Part shown: piece after piece, positions 17,422-26,084 of the stretch
Position numbering within the stretch: position 1 is the first letter of the stretch
Layout of the letters: every line of letters begins with the position of its first letter
From: a virus
Taxonomy: Duplodnaviria; Heunggongvirae; Uroviricota; Caudoviricetes
Length of the DNA: 44,225 nt
Direction: 5' to 3' (one strand)
IMG/VR virus record: IMGVR_UViG_2744054854_000007
Notes under the pieces: model-generated
Seen by the model: the letters and a program-made list of their open reading frames with translations, nothing else
The model's database searches: none
Told to the model about the DNA's origin: nothing
Position numbers and translations under genes: made by a program

Positions 17422-19055
17422 TTTTCCTCCGGATCGGTAATGGTCTGGCTCGCAAACTGGTCAGCCTGTGCCCAGCTCGGAAGCGGTAATCCGCGTTTAA
17501 GACATGACTCAATTTCTCTCTGGCGCTGATCAAGCACTTCTTCCCAGTCTTCACCGACGTTTTCACCCACCTCAATCTCGAGGGTGGAAAGTCCGGCATC
17601 CAGACCAAGAATGGCGCCTTTTTTCTCTGCAACCGGATCCACCCAGCCGCGCCCTGGCCCCATCCAGCGCGCGCGAGAATACGCGGCTCTGGCGTCAACA
17701 AAATCAGGTGCGCCTGCGGGCAGGGGTAAATCCTCATTGTCGTGAACTTCTTCAACAAAGGCGGTGAGAATGGGCTGAGCGAAGCCGGTAGAAAAATCGT
17801 CCCGGCGGCGAGTCAGTGTTTTCCATGCCTCCAGCAACGAGGAGCGTGCAGAACTGTAGTTAACGTCAGACCAGTCCTGGGTGACCTGCTGTGGGGACAA
17901 CCCTGTTCCTGAAGAAAAATTACGGAGAACAGCAGATTCGAAGACTTCAAAATTGCTGTAGGGCCGCGCCGCGTTAACCGTCGTGATTTTCTCACCAGGA
18001 TAAAGAATGGGCATTCGGGCACCATTCTGAAGTGTCAGACGCCGATCGTTATGGAACTCAACACGCCCGTCCTGATAAGTGCCTAACTCCGACTCGTCAT
18101 AGGTCTCGCCCAGGGCAGACTGAACCATCGCAGGGTCATAGGGTGACTCAATGTAAGCGGCAAATATGGCATTAAGAATTGCTGCCTCAAGCTCACTCTG
18201 GTCATACTTCACCAGCATTTTCAGACGCTGAATAACCGGAGTCAGGATGCCGTTACCACGGTGCTGCGCGCCACGCTCATGATCAAAATCGTGAACCACA
18301 TGCGGGCGGCCCCAGTCAGTTTCACGCGGGATACGCTGCCACGTCATGGTTTTAGCCCCGCTCCACCAGTCACCGATATGGGCCTCCCTGATGTGGTAAG
18401 CAACCGGCGCACCGTCCGCATCAATTTCAACGCCACCACGGACATTTGGCATATCGAAATTCTGCTGAGGATTACTGAGGCGGTCAGGATCGACAATCTG
18501 TACCGTGGTGGCGTAACGCCCTCTTCCGGGACCAAGCCTGTCAGTTCTGTACTGGAGAATGGCCAGAGCATCCCCGTCAATAAGCTTGTGACGAAATCCC
18601 AGGCGTAACATCTGCGACACGGTGAGTTTTCGTTCAACATCACAATACCGGCCAGGATCGTTACTCCAGGTCCGCCAGTGCCCGTCCAGTGCTTTTCCGT
18701 ACTCTTCCGCCCAGGACGCATCAAACGCCTTGTTTCCGGTGATCATTCTGAGAACACGGTAATCGGGTTTCATGATGGGGCGGAAGTTGGCACCAACCGC
18801 ATTATCCAGCAGACGTGTGACCGCACCGTTTGCCCAGCCGTCATTACGGACCAGATCGCGTGCGCGGGACACGATGCGATCCCGGTAAATGTTAATTTCA
18901 TTGTCCGGGGACCACAGCGCGGGTTGCCAGTTCGCCAGTTGATCGCTGAAAGAGTCAGCTGCGTCATAAGGTACGCGGCTCCCCCCCACCAGCATAGAGG
19001 GACGCTGCTGTCGCAACGGCTGCCCATCAGAGCCCAGTATCTGTACTTTATTCAT
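17418..19055 (-). CDS. Portal protein (lambda gpB family)
   Basis: 545 aa; between gpW-like and protease genes as in lambda. Confidence 0.8.
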   Translation of the reverse strand: MNKVQILGSDGQPLRQQRPSMLVGGSRVPYDAADSFSDQLANWQPALWSPDNEINIYRDRIVSRARDLVRNDGWANGAVTRLLDNAVGANFRPIMKPDYRVLRMITGNKAFDASWAEEYGKALDGHWRTWSNDPGRYCDVERKLTVSQMLRLGFRHKLIDGDALAILQYRTDRLGPGRGRYATTVQIVDPDRLSNPQQNFDMPNVRGGVEIDADGAPVAYHIREAHIGDWWSGAKTMTWQRIPRETDWGRPHVVHDFDHERGAQHRGNGILTPVIQRLKMLVKYDQSELEAAILNAIFAAYIESPYDPAMVQSALGETYDESELGTYQDGRVEFHNDRRLTLQNGARMPILYPGEKITTVNAARPYSNFEVFESAVLRNFSSGTGLSPQQVTQDWSDVNYSSARSSLLEAWKTLTRRRDDFSTGFAQPILTAFVEEVHDNEDLPLPAGAPDFVDARAAYSRARWMGPGRGWVDPVAEKKGAILGLDAGLSTLEIEVGENVGEDWEEVLDQRQREIESCLKRGLPLPSWAQADQFASQTITDPEEK

Positions 19056-19318
19056 CAGAATCTAAACCTCGCTGGTTTCCGGGGACGAGAGATAATCCCC
19101 AGTTGCGCCTGCAGAAGTTGAATCAGGGCCAGCAGATCAGCCAGGGTGCTTTGCTGATAGGACACTGATCGCGTCCCGTCTCCCTGCGTATAGGAAAACG
19201 AAACACCGTGGCTCCCGGTTGCTAAATCAATGTACGCCTGCTGAGCTTTCGCAAGCGCATCCCTGAGCTGATCGTCAGTCATTGCGCCGGCAAGCAGGCT
19301 GGTGTTCCGGTTGAACAT
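19055..19318 (-). CDS. Head-tail joining protein gpW-like
   Basis: 87 aa; C-terminus ...LALIQLLQAQLGIISRPRKPARF resembles lambda W ...[21 protein letters not shown] (memory). Confidence 0.65.
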   Translation of the reverse strand: MFNRNTSLLAGAMTDDQLRDALAKAQQAYIDLATGSHGVSFSYTQGDGTRSVSYQQSTLADLLALIQLLQAQLGIISRPRKPARFRF

Positions 19319-19326
19319 GATTTTCC

Positions 19327-21450
19327 TTATTTCGGCAGGAGTTGCGATATTCGCTTACGTTTGACCGGCGCTGGTTCTTCAATAACCGCACCCGGCAGCT
19401 CGTAATTGATTTTTTCTTCCTGTCCAACTGGCGCTGGCAGGAACTTATCCGGATCGGCTTCGAGGTTGGCGGCCCGGACGTTGAGTTTTAACCCCATATG
19501 TTTGAGACCGCACAGCGCGGCATAGCTGTAAACGAGGCAGTCAAGCGCTTCGTTAGCTCGTCCTGGTATTGCTTCCCAGATACTGTACCGCTGCCCGGAA
19601 ATGACTTTGTAAACCAGTCGCTCCGCCAGCAGCTGATTGAAGTACCCGAGATCGCGATCGTCAGGAAAATGCATATAACCCGCAGCGGCGGCGCCAGGTT
19701 TGGGTGGCTCAAGATGCAGGCGACCGCGTATCACGTCTTTCGCTGAGTTAACCCCCAGAATGACAGGGCGGAAACTGGCTTTGCTTTTCGATGATGGTCG
19801 TTTGGTCGGCCAGACAGGATTGCGTTTACCTCCCTGTGCAGACTCCCCCTTAATTGCCCAGACACGACGGCCAAGACGCTCTTTGGCGAATTCGTATACC
19901 TTCTGCGTATGGTGGCCACCGGAGTCCATGCACGTTGCCATGATATTCAGGCCGCGCCCGTCACCACGTCGCCAGATCTGTTTCAGGTATGCATCCAGTC
20001 GCTTCCAGGGTTCTTCCGTCTCAAGGTCACCATAAATAACGTCATGCGCGACCGACCACGATTCTTCATCTCTCCCCCAGCCGGTGATCGTAATTTCGAA
20101 GCGATCGTCCTGGGTATCAACTCCAGCTGTTAACAATGCCACCCCGTCCGGAACGACGGCCGGAAATATTTCCCGGCGCGCCAGCAGAACATCAACAGGG
20201 AGCTGTTTCCCATGATTAGGTCGGTGCGGAAGCCCCATCTGGGTATTCCACCACGCCTGTTCCTTATCCGGATCGCCCTTCGCATCGATATATTTTTTCG
20301 CAATATCCGACGGCTTATCTTTTTGCCAGGGGCTGAAAAGCTTGGATGCCTGGTACCCCGCGTGGTGGTTATCGACTGCCTCCTTTCCACAGGAGGGGCA
20401 GATTGCGCGATAGACCGCATGCCGTTCCGACTCTGACCATTGCCAGACCTTTTCAACGCTGCCCTCGTCTGCCGCCCGCCAGGCAAGGTCATAATCCATC
20501 AGCGGTGAGTGCCGCTCCCCGCAGCACTCAAATGGGCGCGTCTGATGCCATCGAATAGTTTGCAGAGCTCTGAGGCGCTGTCCTTCGGACCAGCCACTAC
20601 CACAGCATTCGCAATAGAGCATCGCCGATTTAGTCAGGTGTTTATCTCCCTCTTTCGGCCACTGAACGTGTTTGAAAAAGTCGGGGAACTGGCGGTGGCC
20701 ACAGTGCGGGCAAACCACAGATGCCCGGCGCTGATCGGAGTCGGCGTAGCTGTCAGCAATGCGGCTCTCATCCTCCACCGTCGGCGAACAGGCGCGTACA
20801 GACAGCCAGGTCAGGCCAAATGTCGCTGTACGCTCTTCGGCCAGCGCAATTGGATCGCCTTCGCGGGTTATCGGGTACTTGTCCACTTCATCCGCCAGCA
20901 GGACACGAATCGGACGACGCGCAAGGTTATCAGGGCTACCAGCACCCGCCAGCGCCAGAAATCCGCCAGTGAACGCCTTGTAAAGAATGGTTTCTTTCGA
21001 GCTTTTCTGTTTCGAATCACCGATGATTTTACGCAGTACCGGCGTCACCCTTACCAGCGGGCTAATACGCTCTTTCGAAAACTGTTCAGCGGCTTCTTCT
21101 TTCGGCTGCAGCAGCAGTATCGGACAAGGATCGAGGTGGGCAAAATAGCCAAAAAGGTTTTCCAGCAGTGCTGTCTTCATCAACTGGGTACAGCACATTA
21201 CAGTGATGATATGAACCCCGGACTCCGTCGCGGCAAGCATCGGTCCGCGGGCAATTTCTACCGTCGATGTTTCCCAGTTTCCCGAAGTGCTCCCAGCCTC
21301 TTTTGCCAGCTTACGATAGTCATCTGCCCACTGCGGCACACTGATACGCGGCGGGGGTGTCCAGCCTTTGCGGACGCTTAATTCAAGACGCTCAATCTTC
21401 TGCCGGGTTAAACTCTGGCTCTCCGAGGGCTGAGATGTGTTTGTGGACAT
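19327..21450 (-). CDS. Terminase large subunit (lambda gpA family)
   Basis: About 707 aa from ATG 21450 (track starts at TTG 21456); by-eye resemblance to lambda A through the central region (e.g. ...VCPHCGHRQF... vs ACPHCGEEQY); overlaps Nu1-like 3' end as lambda Nu1/A do. Confidence 0.85.
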   Translation of the reverse strand: MSTNTSQPSESQSLTRQKIERLELSVRKGWTPPPRISVPQWADDYRKLAKEAGSTSGNWETSTVEIARGPMLAATESGVHIITVMCCTQLMKTALLENLFGYFAHLDPCPILLLQPKEEAAEQFSKERISPLVRVTPVLRKIIGDSKQKSSKETILYKAFTGGFLALAGAGSPDNLARRPIRVLLADEVDKYPITREGDPIALAEERTATFGLTWLSVRACSPTVEDESRIADSYADSDQRRASVVCPHCGHRQFPDFFKHVQWPKEGDKHLTKSAMLYCECCGSGWSEGQRLRALQTIRWHQTRPFECCGERHSPLMDYDLAWRAADEGSVEKVWQWSESERHAVYRAICPSCGKEAVDNHHAGYQASKLFSPWQKDKPSDIAKKYIDAKGDPDKEQAWWNTQMGLPHRPNHGKQLPVDVLLARREIFPAVVPDGVALLTAGVDTQDDRFEITITGWGRDEESWSVAHDVIYGDLETEEPWKRLDAYLKQIWRRGDGRGLNIMATCMDSGGHHTQKVYEFAKERLGRRVWAIKGESAQGGKRNPVWPTKRPSSKSKASFRPVILGVNSAKDVIRGRLHLEPPKPGAAAAGYMHFPDDRDLGYFNQLLAERLVYKVISGQRYSIWEAIPGRANEALDCLVYSYAALCGLKHMGLKLNVRAANLEADPDKFLPAPVGQEEKINYELPGAVIEEPAPVKRKRISQLLPK

Positions 21451-21961
21451 GTTCAATCAGCACCTCTGTCATCCTGTCCGCCGGTACATCCAGATCAGCA
21501 GCCATTAGCGGCGCCACCCTGGACGGCCAGTTAAGCCAGGCATCACGCTGTTGGCGAAAGGCGTTGAATAAAACCTCCTCGGCTGCTGTCAGCTCAATAA
21601 GCTGGCCGCTGTCTTTTTCATACTGCAGCTTTGCCTGCAGGGCCATGTAATTCTCGCGGATACGTCCCGCTTCCTCTCTCGAAAGATCTGCCCCTTCAGT
21701 GAGCATTATCTGGCGGACAGTTTTATTGATTTCATCACCGTCATCATCGTTATCGCTAACGACGGGAGTTTTCTTTTTCTTCGCGTTCGAGGCGCGCGGG
21801 TCTTTGCCATCGCGGTTTTTCTTCAATGCCGCATCGCTGGCCTCTACGTCAATCAGGTCTCCGTCCATCACAATGAAGCGCCCGGCTTTAATCCACCGAC
21901 CAATTGTTTTGCGATCCACACCTGAATGTTGTGCGTACTGACTCTGGTTCATCGTGGTCAT
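21392..21961 (-). CDS. Terminase small subunit (Nu1-like, N-terminal winged HTH)
   Basis: 189 aa; N-terminal QYAQHSGVDRKTIGRWIKAG HTH resembles Nu1 N-terminus; position directly downstream of the cos-like repeat array. Confidence 0.65.
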   Translation of the reverse strand: MTTMNQSQYAQHSGVDRKTIGRWIKAGRFIVMDGDLIDVEASDAALKKNRDGKDPRASNAKKKKTPVVSDNDDDGDEINKTVRQIMLTEGADLSREEAGRIRENYMALQAKLQYEKDSGQLIELTAAEEVLFNAFRQQRDAWLNWPSRVAPLMAADLDVPADRMTEVLIEHVHKHISALGEPEFNPAED

Positions 21962-22108
21962 GGGACATCACCTGGGACATTTTCTGGGGTGGGACATTCG
22001 CCTGGGACATTTTTGCCATGTCCCACCAGAATGTCCCACTGGAATAAACTGGAATAGCCAGAGCTGGCGAGGTGTCCGTAATGATCGCCAGAGGTGGGAC
22101 ATGGGACA
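21961..22108. repeat. cosB-like array of TGGGACAT / ATGTCCCA octamers (candidate terminase small-subunit binding sites)
   Basis: Four direct copies at about 21961, 21973, 21990, 22003; two inverted at about 22018 and 22031; two more direct at about 22095 and 22102; abuts Nu1-like start. Confidence 0.6.
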
Positions 22109-22251
22109 CAAATCTGAAAGTTGTAGCTAGGAAAACACCGCGGCGCGCAATGCCCGTACCTTACAAAAGTCTCAGGAAGGACCCATTTTTTTATTGGCTT
22201 CGACCATTCGCTCCGACTATGATTATTCCTATTCAATACAAGGAGAATGTA

Positions 22252-22755
22252 ATGGGTAACAATATAATCAAAATAACTTTCGTAGCCGCAGTGCTGGCAT
22301 CACCAATTGCTCATGCCCAGTGGGTAACTAATACTGAAGATGACCTTTTCTCTGGTGGTAAGAAAGCAATGATGCTTGGCGAGGTTTCATCCGACAATGG
22401 CGCCATTGTGTTTGACTGCACTAAAGAAAAGCTATCGGCGGCATACGTTGAAATGGATAAAAGCACCGAATCACTATCAGAGGTACCAATGGACCTGATA
22501 ATGAAGGTCGACGGGAATACCGCAGTGAAGCTCGATGCTACCCTTTCAAGACGTAATGTTCAGAGCCTCCAGATTCAATCGGATGACGCGGACCAACTAA
22601 AAACAGTGCTTAAGCAGCTTCAGGGGGCGAAATCCAAAGTGTTAGTTGGTGTGCAAACAAAGGATGGCGGAAACCAGCATTCCATGTCAGCCAATGTTTC
22701 TGGATCGACAACTGCAGTAAACAGCTTCATAAAAGCTTGCGAAATTAACTTATAA
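22252..22755 (+). CDS. Secreted protein of unknown function (Sec signal peptide), candidate moron
   Basis: ATG 22252 with AAGGAG SD; MGNNIIKITFVAAVLASPIAHA/QW signal-like N-terminus; opposite strand to the flanking late genes. Confidence 0.6.
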   Translation: MGNNIIKITFVAAVLASPIAHAQWVTNTEDDLFSGGKKAMMLGEVSSDNGAIVFDCTKEKLSAAYVEMDKSTESLSEVPMDLIMKVDGNTAVKLDATLSRRNVQSLQIQSDDADQLKTVLKQLQGAKSKVLVGVQTKDGGNQHSMSANVSGSTTAVNSFIKACEINL

Positions 22756-22765
22756 GTTACTGCTT

Positions 22766-23404
22766 TTATTTTGCCGTCCTGATGGCTTCTGCTATCGCCT
22801 GATTTAAAGCAGACGGTAGCAGTGCGTTCGCCATGGTACGGGCCCTATCCATATACCCCAGCACTGGAGTCACAGGTAGCGCATCACCAAACCGGATCAA
22901 AAGCTTTGGAGAACGCTGTTTGCGTTTCGGTCTTCGCGTCCCGTTAGCGGAACGTTTGGCCCGTCGCTTCTTAGCTTTCATCGGCTTCTTACGCTGCCAG
23001 ACAGCGTTAACGCCATCAACCTCACCTACGAATACATTTTCCTTTGCTTTAAGCTGTGAGAGCTTATTACGCGGCATGTTGCCGTATTTGTTTAGCTTGA
23101 CGTTCTTGGGGTTCAATAGCGCTTGGCTATTGAGCTTATGCTCTCCACCTAACTCGAATGGTTCCAGATAACCAGCCGCGGTATCGCGGACAAAAACCTT
23201 TGCAGTCAGGTTGTTCTTCCTTGCCGCCACCGAACCAACTGATTTAACGGTAAACGGTGTCGGGCTCTCCAGATGTCGTTCGAACGCTGTTTTCTGTGCC
23301 GTTTCTATTTGACGAACAACTTTTGTCATAGCTAGTGCTGTAGCATATGGCACCTGCTTTTGTACCTTCTTTAATTGCTGAGAAAGGTCTTTGAGTGTTG
23401 CCAT
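22766..23404 (-). CDS. Hypothetical protein with highly basic Lys/Arg-rich segment
   Basis: Internal ATG 23404 (MATLKDLSQQLKK); 212 aa; ...KKPMKAKKRRAKRSANGTRRPKRKQRSPK... tract. Confidence 0.5.
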   Translation of the reverse strand: MATLKDLSQQLKKVQKQVPYATALAMTKVVRQIETAQKTAFERHLESPTPFTVKSVGSVAARKNNLTAKVFVRDTAAGYLEPFELGGEHKLNSQALLNPKNVKLNKYGNMPRNKLSQLKAKENVFVGEVDGVNAVWQRKKPMKAKKRRAKRSANGTRRPKRKQRSPKLLIRFGDALPVTPVLGYMDRARTMANALLPSALNQAIAEAIRTAK

Positions 23405-23425
23405 AAACGCTCCAGTGTACTGACA

Positions 23426-23449
23426 TAAAAAAACCGCCCGGAGGCGGTG
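23426..23449 (-). terminator. Rho-independent terminator (minus strand)
   Basis: CCGCC-cgga-GGCGG hairpin followed on the minus strand by a T7 run; 3' of acidic-protein gene. Confidence 0.6.
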
Positions 23450-23465
23450 CATTATGCTTATCGTT

Positions 23466-23708
23466 CTATTCTTGCTCCGAATCCGGGTCATCAAAAACAT
23501 TAATAGATAAGTAAACACACTCACCTATTTCCCATCCTTTCTTGCTAAGAATATCTTCAGGGGTAGTATCGGGAACATAGAAATAGTACTCATATACCAT
23601 ATCGCCTGAATGCCCTGTATTCTCCTCAAGGTCTTCAGGTGATAGAGGTATGGAATCCAACTCATCGTCAGTGAGTTCTAATTCAGTAGCAAGCGCTGAT
23701 TGTGACAT
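23466..23708 (-). CDS. Very acidic small protein (80 aa), unknown function
   Basis: ATG 23708 with AGGAGG SD; about 22 Asp/Glu vs 2 Lys; flanked by terminator-like hairpins on both sides and a ~230-bp non-coding leader. Confidence 0.55.
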   Translation of the reverse strand: MSQSALATELELTDDELDSIPLSPEDLEENTGHSGDMVYEYYFYVPDTTPEDILSKKGWEIGECVYLSINVFDDPDSEQE

Positions 23709-23913
23709 ATGACCTCCTGTGTGAACTAACCTCAAGCTAACCCACGCAACAATTTAATTCAACATCATGTTTTGTAAAGGATTTCTGACGAGTCCGTCAA
23801 TTTGCATTATCGCAGGCACTCAGTGAATGCTTTCTGTAATGCAGTTAGTCGAGTAGCAATACAGCATGCCTCTCAACCACGGGATTGGATATAACCCAGT
23901 GAATGTATTATCG

Positions 23914-23940
23914 ATGAAAAAAGGCCGCCTAAGCGACCTT
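23914..23940 (-). terminator. Rho-independent terminator (minus strand)
   Basis: 8-bp stem (one G-U) with 4-nt loop then T6 on the minus strand, directly after the stop of 23947-24198. Confidence 0.55.
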
Positions 23941-23946
23941 TTGCTT

Positions 23947-24198
23947 TTATCTTGACCTGATGATTTTTTCTATAGCTAAATGGACACGTTGATAATCATC
24001 AGTCCCAACGGGATATGAAGGGCTTCTTCTTCCGGCCACTTCGCCGTTGTAAACCATCTGAACTTTGATTACCTCAACATTTTCACCATCCCAGATTTCA
24101 GTTCCACGAGAAACTTTGTAATGCGTGTTACTTGGGTGTGGTTTAGATGCTGTCACTAACTCTACAGAGTCTTCGATGGGGAAATATGTTTTTGCCAT
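23947..24198 (-). CDS. Hypothetical protein (83 aa)
   Basis: ATG 24198 with AAGGT SD; follows spanin genes. Confidence 0.45.
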   Translation of the reverse strand: MAKTYFPIEDSVELVTASKPHPSNTHYKVSRGTEIWDGENVEVIKVQMVYNGEVAGRRSPSYPVGTDDYQRVHLAIEKIIRSR

Positions 24199-24260
24199 AA
24201 TGTTACCTTTGGTTTCCTATGGTATTCCTTTGGAATCCTATAGAAAGGATAACGGGTACT

Positions 24261-24512
24261 TCATGGCTTGTCCACAAATTTTAGAGTGCTCGTCTTTACC
24301 TTTTTGGGATTACAGTTCACCTTCCATGCTTTGTTATGCACTAGGATGTCGCGCTTCGTCTGCTTATCCATAACGGCAATATCGTGGTCAGTAAGATAGA
24401 TGGGCTTTACCCAATCACAGGCGGTATCAACGACTACCGGGGCGGGTCCAGTTGTTGCGCAGCTCACGATCAACATCGTCGCCAAGCATATGGTTAACAC
24501 TCTGCTGTACAT
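24261..24512 (-). CDS. Putative outer-membrane spanin lipoprotein (o-spanin, Rz1-like arrangement)
   Basis: Lipobox-like IVSC near N-terminus; start overlaps the 3' 85 nt of the preceding gene in another frame. Confidence 0.5.
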   Translation of the reverse strand: MYSRVLTICLATMLIVSCATTGPAPVVVDTACDWVKPIYLTDHDIAVMDKQTKRDILVHNKAWKVNCNPKKVKTSTLKFVDKP

Positions 24513-24702
24513 TGCTGGCCTCTTTCGTTGTTTCTACCCGGCGTTCAGCAACAGCTTCAGTAGCTGTTGCACGTTCTTCAGTGCGTTGCTGGTCCGCTTT
24601 TGTCTCAGCGATGTTAGTACCGCGCGATTTACCCAGACCAAAAGCACCTGCAATTGCAGCCAGCACAGCAACAGCCAGGCCGATAATCATTTCAAGTCCC
24701 AT
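24427..24702 (-). CDS. Putative inner-membrane spanin (i-spanin, Rz-like)
   Basis: Internal ATG 24702; N-terminal TM helix MGLEMIIGLAVAVLAAIAGAFGLG then charged helical region; immediately after endolysin. Confidence 0.5.
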   Translation of the reverse strand: MGLEMIIGLAVAVLAAIAGAFGLGKSRGTNIAETKADQQRTEERATATEAVAERRVETTKEASNVQQSVNHMLGDDVDRELRNNWTRPGSR

Positions 24703-24709
24703 AGCGACC

Positions 24710-25327
24710 TCATACCAGTGCGGCTTTTGCTTTGGCGTAGCGTGCACGACGGTCGTTAATGCCGTTCTGTCCACCATTGATGATCTGGGTGATGCGAACC
24801 AGATCGCCGGAATAGCTCAGGCATCCGCTGGTGGCGTAGAACCATGCAGCTGAACGTGCCGCGTTGATATCCTTTTCCAGCAACTCAGGATTACTGACTA
24901 AATCCAGTTTTAATCCCGTTCCGCAGCGGCGGTAATTATCAAGACCGGTAATCTGAATCAGCCCACGGCCACGATATTTCCACCCATCGCCTGATGCTTT
25001 GTTACCGAGGCGATTGCTGTACACCAGATTTGCAATGGCTGGCTGATTGGCTACGTGCCCTTTTTCTTTGTCACGCCCAAGCATATATGCCTGATAGTTC
25101 GTAATGCGGCGTCCAAATGTGGTCAGCAGAGCGGCTGGGGTGTAGTTGAAGCTCTCCACCAGCGCAGAGAATCCCGCTGATTCATGTCCTGACTGAGCAA
25201 TAAACATTGCCTGGTCTTCAGGCTTAACAATGCCGAACTCTTTCATTGCCGCGTCAATGTGCGGAAACCAGCGCGTAGCTAACCCGGCGCTTACACCAGC
25301 CGCCTGTTGAAATTGTGATTGGTTCAT
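24710..25327 (-). CDS. Endolysin, glycoside hydrolase family 19 (chitinase-like)
   Basis: 205 aa with ...QSGHESAGF... and ...YRGRGLIQITG... motifs typical of GH19 lysozymes (memory). Confidence 0.8.
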   Translation of the reverse strand: MNQSQFQQAAGVSAGLATRWFPHIDAAMKEFGIVKPEDQAMFIAQSGHESAGFSALVESFNYTPAALLTTFGRRITNYQAYMLGRDKEKGHVANQPAIANLVYSNRLGNKASGDGWKYRGRGLIQITGLDNYRRCGTGLKLDLVSNPELLEKDINAARSAAWFYATSGCLSYSGDLVRITQIINGGQNGINDRRARYAKAKAALV

Positions 25328-25608
25328 TAATGCCTCAGCGTATCAACGAGACGCGCCACATTCCCACGAGCCCATAACACGGCAGCGCAAATAAGAAGGT
25401 TTACGATGACCACCATCCAGTGTGACTCCTGGTAGAGGCCGAACAGATATCGGAATGGAACGCTGGCATAAACCAGCACAACGAAGTACGCCAGCAATGA
25501 TATAGCGGGGCGATGTCTTGCCCCTTCACGCTGGTAGAACATCAGGACAAGGACGATGACCGCACAAATACCTGCATTCACCATCGCTGACGGATCACTT
25601 GTTACCAT
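25327..25608 (-). CDS. Small membrane protein (holin partner/antiholin candidate)
   Basis: ATG 25608 with GGAGGAGGGG SD; hydrophobic segments; between holin and endolysin. Confidence 0.5.
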   Translation of the reverse strand: MVTSDPSAMVNAGICAVIVLVLMFYQREGARHRPAISLLAYFVVLVYASVPFRYLFGLYQESHWMVVIVNLLICAAVLWARGNVARLVDTLRH

Positions 25609-25990
25609 TGCTGGCCCCTCCTCCACGGAATCGCGAAAGAATACTGAACAGGCTTCCCAAATCCTGACTGTTGAAAAATGTGAGCACTTTGATTGTCATC
25701 GCCGCCACTACAACAGCACCAAGTGCGTCTAATGGTCTGTCACTATACCCGGTAGCCTGTGACAGCTTTGAACCCACCAGTCCAGCGGCAAGAACGCCAA
25801 CAATGAATGACGTCATGAAGTAAGCAATCAATCGTACTCGTGTGATATTTGCCGCTGTCGCTACATAAAATACTGCACCAGCGAATGCGCCAAATACCAC
25901 GCCATAATCAATACCGGTTGCAAGACCAAATACGCTGGCTCCCATCAGGCCACCAGCCGCGACCGTAGTGCCAGAAACAGGATCGGACAT
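25595..25990 (-). CDS. Putative holin (multi-TM membrane protein)
   Basis: 131 aa, Gly/Ala-rich hydrophobic helices; first gene of lysis cassette. Confidence 0.5.
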   Translation of the reverse strand: MSDPVSGTTVAAGGLMGASVFGLATGIDYGVVFGAFAGAVFYVATAANITRVRLIAYFMTSFIVGVLAAGLVGSKLSQATGYSDRPLDALGAVVVAAMTIKVLTFFNSQDLGSLFSILSRFRGGGASNGNK

Positions 25991-26033
25991 TAAGCCCCCT
26001 CTTATTGCTGTGAGTCCTCTCAGGAATGAGGGG

Positions 26034-26062
26034 AATAAAAAAGGCCACCCGAAGGTGGCCTT
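26034..26062 (-). terminator. Rho-independent terminator (minus strand)
   Basis: AAGGCCACC-cgaa-GGTGGCCTT hairpin followed on the minus strand by TTTTTTATT; 3' of the peptidase cargo gene. Confidence 0.6.
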
Positions 26063-26084
26063 ATGTGATTCGAGGATATATCGT

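Noticed and set aside
20509-21381. Plus-strand 290-aa track ORF inside the terminase large-subunit gene
   Set aside because: Antisense shadow ORF of a gene with clear family similarity; Arg/Ala-rich translation typical of GC-rich antisense frames
21961-22108. Possibility that the short repeat array is a CRISPR array
   Set aside because: Repeats are only about 8 bp, irregularly spaced (12-17 bp), occur in both orientations, and no cas genes are present; consistent with protein-binding sites, not CRISPR
21888-22236. Track ORFs 21888-22109 and 21958-22236 (minus strand) spanning the region upstream of the Nu1-like gene
   Set aside because: Their reading frames are generated by the TGGGACAT repeat array (repetitive VP/MSQ-type translation), they overlap the Nu1-like start, and they have no SD; treated as artefacts of the cos-region repeats
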